Origin: Tubiluchus corallicola
Taxonomy: Eukaryota > Animalia > Priapulida
Length of the DNA: 64,000 nucleotides
Assembly (NCBI GenBank): GCA_030141605.1
Contig: JAQGDQ010000307.1
Coordinates: 124,001 to 188,000, forward strand
Reading direction: 5' to 3'
Shown here one piece after another: positions 53,501 through 64,000 of this stretch (its first letter is position 1; every line of letters starts with the position of its first letter). Below the pieces are notes generated by a model. That model saw only the letters and a program-made list of their open reading frames with translations, was not told the origin of the DNA and made no database searches. Position numbers and translations under genes: made by a program.

Positions 53501-56500
53501 AGGAATAGTTCTTGTTTCTCAAAGCATTACATAATACAGAGCAACCTTAAAACATCGCATGGTAGCGCTGACATGAAACACACCTCGCTAAAATGCAGCC
53601 AAATTTCAACAGCATTTTCAAAGTACGAGAACGTTAAAAAAAATTTTACGGCAAAGTAAACACAATACGTAATATTTCTAAGAACTATCTATGAAAATAA
53701 TGAAAGCTAAACGTCAGGAACAACTTGTTTATCACGACAAAAAAAACAGTTGAATTTTTTTTAATGTACACACTTTAATAAATAATATAAGAAAAAAGCT
53801 AAAAGTTTAGGATACAAAAAAACTAATAGGGAAATATATTTATCTTACTCTTGAATTTTTAGATAATTTACTAAAAACTGATAAAAGTGAAAAACTCGCC
53901 ATGCTTGTCGGAGCGATACGAACCAGCCTGTCTGTCTCGCTCATGGTTGCGATCGCTCCCAGGATTGTCTGTCGTCTTCCTTGATTGAGCTTCAAACTGA
54001 CTCAAAGCTTGTCTGTTGCAGTGTGTAACTACAGGATTCTGACCATACAACTCCCTGTAATTTAAACATTTAATGTCACTTACCCCAGTGTTGAACGCAT
54101 TACAATTTATGCACTTTACTAAAATGCACCAAATTACTAATTTTATAAACACAAGGGTAAAAAAATGAAAAATGCCACAATGCTACGAAAGTCTAGGATG
54201 GCCAGTTACAAGAAATTAATTTTGTGAATAATGACTAAATTTAGTCTATTAATATGAGTATATGACTAGAATATGACTAGAACACCACTAGAACACATGC
54301 TCAGTCTTCCAAGAACACAATAAATGAGGAAAACATCCATCAGCGAAAAGGGTATGAAAATGATTTACACGCAAAAAATTCTGTGCACATTAATAATGTT
54401 TAGGGAATTTAATACACGAACTAAATATCATGTTTGAATAAACGTACTTTTTCGGTAGCTTTTCCATGATGAGACGTGACGATGCGTGACTGGCTAAGCT
54501 CACTACTGCAAAGCCTTTTGACTGTCCATTGGCTCTGTTTTCATAAAACTTCACTTCAACCAAGTCTCTTACACCAATTGACAAAATTGCATCAGTTAAA
54601 TCTTGGTCAGTTGTCCACTGGGAAAAGCAATAATACCAAAGATATAAAGCACTAGTGTGTGGCTTATATAAATATATAAAATTAAAGATACATATATAGT
54701 TTCAGGAAATATAACTGTCATCTCAGAATACCTAAGTTACCAGATCCTTCAGCAATAATTGATTAGCATCAAAACAAATCTCAACAAACTACTAAAAGTT
54801 TGGCCACACTTAAAAGATTTTTCAGCTTGCTGAAACAATGCTAGAGCTTAAAGTTCTGTCACATTTTTATTTGCATATGCCATAAAAATAGATGCATACT
54901 ATTATGAATAATATCAAAATTTAAATAAAAATGAATATTTGCAGATTTTAACATGATTTAACTTCATATAAAAAGTTAGAAATTTAAGGAACAAAAATAA
55001 CTTACACTTTAATTTTTGTTTTTACTTACATTAAAAAACTGTAAAATATATTTTCCTGTTCATACTAAATATCTAATTTTTTATTTTTACAGACTCAATG
55101 ATGAGAACATCAAGTACAAAATGTTTATTTTTGGACTCTCTCAGACAAAGTGAGTAAGTGTTAAATTTAGCTTGTATAATTTAAGTTTATATATGAAGTG
55201 GACAAAAATTCTCGGCACTATGGTATTTTACAAAGGGCTTATTTTTTGTGTCCAGCATGTATATAAAACAACAAACTTAAGTTTAATCTACTGGCACAAA
55301 GACTTCCAACATATGCGATTCACATGACATCCATTTTCCAAAAGAATTATATGTGTCCTATGGAATCGAGTTAAACCAAGCTTTTTTAAGAAGCAGAATT
55401 TAAGTTTCTTAGTTACAGGCTGTTTATAAAATAAATTTTCTATATAAATTGTGTCATAAAATAACCCATCAGCTAGTTAAATGATGTAACGATTCCTTCT
55501 ATAGACAATTTAAAAACACTGTAAAAAACTAACCCAAGTTAGGTTTCCAACATACAAAGGCACCCTCTTTCCAGAGAAATCAGACATTGTTGTTGTACTC
55601 TCTGATTCACTGCTCTTTGACTGTTGAATTTCTGGGGGATCAGCCTAAAAATATCAGAATTATGTTACAGTGATGCGTATGAAAGTTGTAAACTGACTTA
55701 TCTCTAAATGTCTTATTTCATGACGAGAGTGAACCATCAATTTTTGTGTCACACATAGGCCTAATAAGTAGAATTAAAGTTTTGCCAAATACAACAATTC
55801 AATGAAATAAACAGACAGCCAAAGAATCTCATTTGTTTTAACAATTTTGTCATCAGATTACTAACAATAAAATGTCAATAACTGCAGTGACTAGTTCTGC
55901 AACAACATCATGAGTATCTTTGATGATGAAAAAGTAGTAAGATGCACAATGTGAAAACAACTCAAACTTTATGCCCTTTTTTCTCCTTTGTTCTTCTTTT
56001 ATTGGCCATAGAACGCTGTAGACATTCAGTCATAAACACTTATCCCGCCTGATGCTTGTGCAAGCAACGAAAAGTGTTAAACGAGAGATTATTAATGCTA
56101 CTTTTTTGCTGTTTGAAAAATCCTGCTGCCCAGTATGTAAATAAATGCAGCTACTTATCATTACATAATAATCTCTAACTCCGCTAATTAACCCCGACAA
56201 ATTAATAGAATAATTATTTAAACTAGCTAAAACTGAACTCTATAAGCAAAGTAAACTCCCAACACCTTCTGTATGTACGCAGCCTCGCAAAATTCCATGC
56301 TTGTCTGTAATTATAAAGTGTAGCACTAATACTTATACATTTTGAGGTATAATTCTGTGGACTAAAGTTATATAAACACCCTAACATTGTTGCAAATTGA
56401 TTCGACAACAAATGAAATTAAACATAAAGATTTACTCAGCTAGACTAGCGGATTATGTGAGCAGACTGCGGAGGGTTCGTTTAAATTTATTTTATATTTT

Positions 56501-57108
56501 TAAACAAGGAGTTTAATTTGCGTATGTTACGTGGTAACCTCAATATTGTTAAATGTATATTAAAATACAATGAATGTTGTCCTCTAAAGTTCATACTAAC
56601 ACAACCAGTTCTAACTCTATTAAAACCTAATACTTACTGCTTCTGCTGTTGTAGTGTCACCACCAGCTCCGCCATGACCACTTGAAGATGTTATGACGTC
56701 GTCATATAAATCCACATTTCCGTTATAACTTTCTTCCTGAAAAGTGAAAACAGTTATTATGAACTCTCAAGTCTAGTTATATCGTCAAAAGATTGTTAAT
56801 CACAATCTCCCCAACAATACACACACGCTCAAGATAGCTTTTACACAAAGACTCGAGCAATTCATTTTTTAAGTTCTGCTACACCAGACCATAGCAGCTC
56901 TGCCAGGGCATCATGGTTGATGAAATACCAACACGAAATTACAACGCAAAGTAGGCGTAAACGTAAAATATACAAAAAAATAAACCTTAGTACGTAGCGA
57001 CAACTTTACATTACAAAAAGAAATAATAAACATTTTAGTGAAAATCACCTGCGCAAATTCATCACCAACATCATCAGCATAAAGATCAATATCCACCGCA
57101 TCGGCCAT
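47559..57108 (-). CDS. CPSF6: Cleavage and polyadenylation specificity factor subunit 6 (CFIm68; CPSF6/7 family), ~566 aa
   Basis: Exons: 57108-57049, 56736-56638, 55644-55534, 54617-54448, 54054-53900, 52778-52629, 51645-51521, 51096-50964, 50734-50681, 50551-50424, 49746-49700, 49504-49401, 48386-48239, 47775-47559. Features: [13 protein letters not shown] start, RRM ([29 protein letters not shown]), Pro-rich region with [37 protein letters not shown] helical block, RS/RD/RE tail. Confidence 0.97.
48826..49365. mobile_element. hAT-like MITE remnant with GTATC subterminal repeats
   Basis: agagatgctaaacaat and attgtttaccacta form imperfect inverted ends; atcgatac on the left and gtatcgttatcgtatcgtatcgtatcg on the right. 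Confidence 0.4.
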
Positions 57109-57300
57109 TTTTCCGTTGTTCTTTGAAGATTTTGGTGATTCGCAAAACTGTAAATGTTGATAATTCAATTCAATTCAGTTTAAATTTGACTATAAATCCA
57201 AAGTGTACAATTGAAATAAAGTTTGATAGAGTTCAGAGTTACCGGCTATTAAACGCTTTGATTGACGTAAGAACCAATGAAATTTAATGCGATTTGTTCA
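57109..57300 (-). promoter_or_regulatory. CPSF6 5' UTR and proximal promoter
   Basis: CRE-like TTGACGTAA at 57262-57270 next to CCAAT at ~57274, about 160 bp upstream of the ATG. Confidence 0.4.
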
Positions 57301-57759
57301 CGAAAAGGGTACGTTTACTCTTACTTTGTGTGGAAAAAACTTAAGTTATTCATGTAGAGGATGAAAGTTACCAGTCATAGTTTTCTTTAACATCTTTAGT
57401 AACATTATTTTCATTACGCAAAGCAATATGGCCAGATCGCCAGGAATAGAATGCTTATTAGTCTTACCAAAGAGCCTTGTACATTTTCTCCTTGGCCTAT
57501 CCAATGCAATTTTACTTAATTAGCAAGCACATGAAAAAAGGGCACATTACAGTAGTTCAGAACAAAAGAGATGGTTGACTGATTGTGTTTTAAAAATAAT
57601 AATTAGTAAGTCAACGACATTAAAAATTTTCATTTCTAGAACATTTTCTTTGCCAAACCACCAAATTTGCCAAAACTGACTGACGAATTGATTAGCTTAC
57701 TAACAAACTTATAAAGCAACAAACTAACTAAATCGTAGCTAGTTAGTTACGACAAACCA

Positions 57760-57882
57760 GCCATTCTTCAGGTGAACCAAAAGCAGGGTACAAGCAGGGC
57801 ATCCGTTCCCCCGAGGTGAACCAGAGGCATGGTACAAGCACAGCGGCCATTCCCCCAGGTAAAACAGAGGCAGGGTACAAGT
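57760..57882. repeat. Minisatellite, about 3 copies of a 43-44-bp unit
   Basis: aggtgaacca(g)a(g)gca(g)ggtacaagca..cc(a)ttccccc recurs at ~57770, 57814 and 57856. Confidence 0.85.
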
Positions 57883-59136
57883 CTTGTTCTGTTCTGTTCT
57901 CTCCTGTTTACTGGTTACATTTCATTCAACCCTAACTTTACACATATTCAAGTTTAAATATAAAGTAATTGTTTCCATTCCAAAAGTTATTTCCGAAACA
58001 TACTTAGGAAATTTACACTAGTATATCGGATGCATACAATGTAAGTTCAAGAAAGCTGAGAGCGATGAGAGAAAGATGGGGGGGAGAGAGAAATTGAAAG
58101 AGACACAGGGACACAGACAGACAGAGAAAGAGAGAGATTTGATTTTTTATTTAAGTTTTTATTTCAAGGTTTATAGCATAAAACATTTAAATATTGTACA
58201 ACAATAAATAAAAACTCACACACATGAATTCACTATGTTATAATAATATTGCTTATGCTAAAGTTAAAAAATACTTCGAGAATTTGGCACCCTTTAGGCA
58301 AGTGCCTATAGTGGTAGTGGTAGAGCCGAACCTGATCTTTGGTGTGGGAGAGGACATGCGGGCTCACAAAATGCTTTTAAACTATTTAAATTTTTTGTAA
58401 CAAAAGAAAAAATATTATTATTTCATGAGTATGAAAGGACCACAATGAGAAAAGCTATTACTGAAATCAGGACCACGAATTAGTATACCGTGCGCGCTAA
58501 TTTGTGTCTGTATATTATTTCTACGAATGTTCAGTTCTCCTGGAAGTCACAAATCCAACTCCTCATTCTCTGCAAAAAACGAGATCAACACTGCTTAACT
58601 TGGAAGCGTGAAAGTACTTTCAGGTTACACCCCACCCATAAGTGACGACACCAAACTTTGGTTTCTTTCATGAGGTATATGTTATAATGTATTTTCTTCA
58701 ACTATGAAATATGCTTTCCATTGATGGATAGAAATTTTGTTAATTTTAAATTCTGCATTTTAATAACGTATAATAGTTGTTATCCTAAATTACGTTTTAA
58801 TTCTCGGTTACCTAGGTCTTAGATCAATTATTGTAACTCTTGGCTTCAATATCTCTGCTAACTACTGTTGTATTTGCATGTAAAATGTGTTTGAGCAAAA
58901 TGATTAACAAGCTTTGAAATTGACAGCTAGTCTTGAGCAACTATAAATTAGAAAAATTGAATATTGAATTGAATCTACGTCGCCTTGATTCTAAAACACA
59001 CTAAGCATTCCATGAATATAGTATTATGATCTAACATTAGTTAAATTACTACACTAGTTGTACTAACGCTTCTGCTATTACTGTTTTTGTGTTATACTAG
59101 ATATTGTTTAAATAAGATGCTAATGTAAACATCTGT

Positions 59137-62000
59137 TTCATTGATTCAAAGTGCTACTCACAAAAACTGTATTGTTGGGGTGAAAGACCGGAAAGTGCAA
59201 AGTTGGTTTACTCATCTTAATTGTTATAATTTTCATCATTAAGAACGAGTCCGCGAGAGCACCATGCAGGGGGTGGCACATGAGGGGTGACGAATTTATA
59301 TCATTTTTTTCTAACATGAAGGGCGACCCCCCAAAACCATGTAACCAAGATATCAAATCGGTCGAGCTACTATTAGCAGAGAAATGACCACATCAAGAAA
59401 TTGACCTCAAAAGAGGCAAAAAATCGCTATTTTGGGGGGTTATTTTAACTTTTTCTCCTGTAGAAACTATTATAGACGGGTCGATGTAAGTTGGCTGATA
59501 CATAGACCCAGACATTGTCTTCTGATATCCTAACTTTTTCTGACATACTATTAATAGTATCAGAGAACGGGATTTTTCAAATTCGGCTCTTTGTTAAGAG
59601 TCCCGGGAGAGGTTAAGTTGTAAGGCTCATAACTCGCCCGCTGCGGGGCTACAGAACTTCCGGTTTTCATGTATGTGTTGACCATCATCCTCACTAATAA
59701 TATAAAAAAGAAAAGTCGCTGGAGCCTGTTTGAGTATTTAGTACTGGCACTTTAAAATTTCACAAAAATCAGCAAACTTCGGTGTTTTTGTAGTTTTTCA
59801 ATATTTTTTCTATCTATATGCTGGATTATAAGTGACAAATCTGTATTCTAAATTTCATGAAAACGCACGAGCTGAGATAATATCATGAATGACATTATAT
59901 AGAGGGGCACTGTTAGAAAAAATTGCCATATCAACACACTTTTTTGCTTTCCATAGTAATTCCGTCCATGTGTAAAAAGCAGACATACTTGGCTCACGTC
60001 GTATATGACAGTAGACATTTAGCCACGTTTAACCTGCATTTTCTGTGACTAGTGCTCTCATTTCCTAGTAGCAATAGATTCCTTTGCCATGGAAATTGCT
60101 AGAAATTTGCGAATTTCATCTTAAATTGATTTAGTTATGTCGGAATTTTCATATGACTACAAATATGAATAATTGCCTCTTCTGGTGGATTTCAGGACAG
60201 GACATCATGCATGCCCCTAGTACCGAGTTCGACCCTGATTCAGGGAATTCTCTACACACTGAATCGCTAGCGGATACCAGGAAAGACTAAACAATAAGCC
60301 CTCTAATAGAAAAGAAGTGCCGATTGTTAAGCTTGAGAGTCATTGCTAGCGAAAGAGTCTGACAACACTTGGTATATACATATAAATTAGAAATCCGTTC
60401 ATTTTTATACATATGTTCATTTTTTATACTTTTTATATGAATAAGCTTCATGGCTATACATAGAAGATTATGAATATCAGTACAAAAATGAAAAACTACA
60501 AAACTCAGTCAGAATTAATTTCTCTAAGTCCAAAATACTCTTCCTATTGCAGCAGCATAATCCTATCACTGAAGAGTAGTACATGTAATCAAAACCATGA
60601 CATCTAAATAATAGAGAAAGAATTATCGATGCAGGTAGATTAGCACTAGAAGATAGATACAGAAATATAGACAAATATCATGGGGAAAGTGATGAAGCGA
60701 AAATCTTACAGTCTAAACATGAGACAATATAAGCGCATGGGCGCTTCTAGGGGGATGGCGGTGATATTTAGCTCAGAAAATTTTTCTTCGCCCAAAATTT
60801 ATTTCCGGCACAAAATCGATACTTCTGACAAAAATATTAATAGTGCGATTGAAAGATTTCGCGAATGGCACAAAAACTTTCAATGTTTTACAGTCAAAAA
60901 ATCACCGGACAAATGATATTTTGGGGGAAGTCTGTCCCATATTTTTTGGGCATTCGCTCAGATTTAGGGCAATTTTCTTTGTGTCCTGGCTTGTACGCCT
61001 ATGTAAGACAATGAGTAATAACTAGGTAATAACTATTTCCAGTCCTTGCAAGAAGCAATTTCCATTCCGTAGATATTTCATTTTTTTGAAGATGGAAGCG
61101 CTCTAAATGCGGTCCAGTGTATTTAGTACAGGCTAATAGATTCACAATATTCGTTTCGTGTGGATAACTAGTCAGAATACCGCATTTAACGCTGGTAAAC
61201 AGCCCAGAAAACGAACATTTTAGTTCAGCAGTGGCCGCCATCTTGAATGTTGGAGTCCAATCCTGTCAGTAGTTTAACCAATGTGCTGACCAGGCCCCTA
61301 GTTGCCAAAGATGAATATTTATGACGTTTTGAAGTATTTTGACAAGATTTGACAACTCATGTTTATCTACACGAAGCTTCTTGATGAAGGTTGTTACCTA
61401 TATTTTCACCCTGATATATGCTTCTTTCAGAGGTCATTTATAATAGGGTGGAAATTCGCTCCAACGAAATTGTCACTACAGCATAGTGGGATGGGATGCT
61501 CTATTCACGTACATATCGATATTTTTGTCCCCGCCTCCACAGTGGGTGAGATATAAGACTTTGAAATGACTGAGTATTTGCATCTTGTGCGTAATGCGAG
61601 CTTAAAGACCCCCAGTAGAGCCGAAAGAGGGGGGTTTGGGACAAAAGTCGAAATGTCATTTTGGAGAAGATAACAAGATCCAATACTATGCAGAGTCAGA
61701 TCTATTCAAACTCAGTGGTTGCTGCATGGCTAATCCTTCAAATATGAGTAAAAAATAGCGAAAAATAGGTATTTTTTCATGAAAATCGGTCTATGCCGTA
61801 CCTCTGCTACTATGAGGAGTTGGACCAAACGGATTTACATAGTGAATGCTAGTGACCAGTGGACCTCGTACCCGAACTTTGGTCCGAATCGGTAACCTAG
61901 CCTTGTGCTGGAATTTTTCGATTTTGCATGGACTTCTCGCGGATGCGTTCTTAAATTTTTACTATTGCACATGTTTAACTTAGTGAAAACGTGATTCTCT
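59137..62000. mobile_element. Mosaic of unclassified non-coding DNA-transposon-like remnants
   Basis: No splice-consistent ORF. G/C runs and motifs such as gacccccaaaacc, ctcataactc, cactgttagaaaaa and ggccgccatcttg are typical of invertebrate non-autonomous elements. Boundaries are unresolved. Confidence 0.3.
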
Positions 62001-62689
62001 TAAAAATATTGTGGGAGTTAGGAAATTATGGTGAGTCATTAAAAAACTGATACAACGTTAAATTGTGTTTTCGTGTGACTAATTACAATCAGTAAACTAA
62101 CACTCATGAAGCTTTATGAAACCATGGGTAATATTTCTAGGCGGAACAGATGAGAAAATTTGCAACCAAGATCCAGCATCTTTAGAACTAGGGATTTTAT
62201 AAGGTCTCTTATCAACTAACATACAAATTAAACTTAAAATACAGCAAAATTATGCTTAAAATGATACATTATATACACATTTTTGTATGAGCTACTGTTG
62301 TACATTAGTTTTTGGATTTTGCACTTATACAGTAACACAAGATTTATATTGTAACTATTGATGAAAGAAGAATCATAGCTTGAAACTTTATTTTCGTAAT
62401 TTTACTGTTGTAAAAGTAATAACAGATCTATTACTTTAAAATTTCTAATTAGGGGTTTTAATGTTTAAATTTAATGTTGTAATTAGTCTATAGTATACTG
62501 CAATGATACTTTTCATACGTGTAACTTTCCTGCATATATTAACTCATACCAAGCGAGTGCTTCGAAGTATGAAAATTAGTAAATTATTTTGCTATCTAAA
62601 GTAGTCAGTCAGTCAGTTAATTAGTTAATTAATTAGGTAATTAATTTGATCAGTTATTTAATGAGAGAAGTGACTCTGACAGTTTAGTG

Positions 62690-63256
62690 GTATAGCAGAA
62701 TTGACGGGTTTGGCGGATTCAGCAGGTTTGGCGATACAGCAGATTTGGTGGGTTTGGCAGATTTGAAAGGTTTGGCAGTATGGCAGAATTTGAAATTTGA
62801 CAGGTTTGGCAGCATGGCACATTTGGCGATATGGCAGGTTTGACAGGTTTGGCAGCATGGCACATTTGGCGATATGGCAGGTTTGACAGGTTTGGCGCTA
62901 TTGCAGATCTGGTGGGTTGGCAGATTTGGCAGGTTTGGCAACTTTGGCGGTATAACAGATTTGGCAGGTTTGGTGGTATGGCAGATTTGGCAGGTTTGGT
63001 GGTACAGCAGATTTGGTTTGTTTGGCAGATTTCAAAAGTTTGGCAGTATGACAGAATTTGAAATTTGACAGGTTTGGCAGGCACATTTGGCGGGTTTGGC
63101 AGGTTTGGCTTTGTGGCACATTTGGCGATATGGCAGGTTTGGCGGGTTTGACAGGTTTGGCGCTATTGCAGATCTGGTGAGTTGGCAGATTTGGCAGGTT
63201 TGGCAACTTTGGCGGTATAACAGATTTGGCAGGTTTGGTGGTATGGCAGATTTGGT
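62690..63256. repeat. 9-bp-based minisatellite (gcaggtttg/gcagatttg) with ~265-bp higher-order duplication
   Basis: tttggcgctattgcagatctggtg at 62891 and 63156; cagaatttgaaatttgacagg at 62784 and 63052. Confidence 0.92.
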
Positions 63257-64000
63257 ATACTTGGTGAGTGAAAGTAGTGCAGTCATGATCGATGCAGAGT
63301 GTGTGTGACATAACCCTCATACAAGGTGTGTAGGCCCTTGGTGGGTGTTCCACGTGGCATGTTAGCACTTTAGAAGTTTTCCAATGTTTCACACATGCAT
63401 ACATGACATTTAGATGAAAAATAATCTAACTTCGCTAGAAGTCTTTCCGTTGATTTTTCCTCTGCATTTAATACAGTACAGACGCATGTTTTATCAGAAA
63501 GTCTTTCCAAGTTTGAAGTTCGATGATTTTGAACTTTGAAAGAGATTATTTTGTAGATTAAACTTTATGATGCGTAGAAAAGAGTTTGATCGGTCGGTGT
63601 CTCATGTTTGCTGGTAACGAAGTTGTACAACAAAGCATAACCGACTTGAAGTTACCCGTCAGCCGATGATGCTTCATGTTGCTCTATACCAAACACCTCA
63701 AAATATTTGAAACTCGTAGTAAAATCAAGCCATTAGTTTTTAAGTTAACTGTTGCTGAACATAAATATACGATGTGTAAGTTCTAGATTATCAAACTAAG
63801 ATCGGTTCTTGAGTAGCCTAACGGCCTACTAGTTTGAGAAAAGTGAGAAATTTACCGTTCCTTCTAAACAAGTGCTGCTTTGTAATTTTATGAACCATTC
63901 CTTAATGTTCAACAATATGCAGATGAAATCGGGTGGATTAGTGTATCAAATTTTCAAACTAACACAATAAAAAGGGATTTTCCAAAAAAAAACTAGACAA

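Noticed and set aside
57760-57882. CRISPR-like repeat-spacer appearance
   Set aside because: The intervening sequences are similar to each other, the context is eukaryotic and there are no cas genes; it is an ordinary minisatellite.
62658-63404. Eight overlapping ORFs, some Cys-rich and metallothionein-like
   Set aside because: All arise from the stop-poor 9-bp minisatellite; no frame is preferred.

Overview
AT-rich animal (invertebrate-type) genomic DNA with spliceosomal introns; most entries in the ORF track are non-coding noise. Three multi-exon genes were reconstructed by hand. (1) Ku70/XRCC6 on the minus strand: 14 exons from ATG 23890 to 561, with the 3' end outside the window. (2) A head-to-head, ~966-aa, largely disordered protein of unknown identity on the plus strand (24096-33807), carrying short motifs typical of RNA-granule and translation scaffolds. 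(3) CPSF6/CFIm68 on the minus strand (57108-47559, ~566 aa), converging on gene 2 through long 3' UTRs. The most striking item lies inside the 8.7-kb intron 8 of Ku70: an intact, uninterrupted, antisense 412-aa ORF (9911-11149) with an ADP-ribosyltransferase-like motif layout and a C-terminal CaaX box (CLIL). Directly upstream of it are a decayed THAP gene, a decayed partner ORF, a templated-insertion-like scar and an 82-bp perfect palindrome. Also present are two probable GC-AG introns, a stop-creating cassette exon, a duplicated splice acceptor, a tRNA/5S composite SINE, several MITE or transposon remnants and a higher-order minisatellite. No searches were run; family assignments come from motif recognition.
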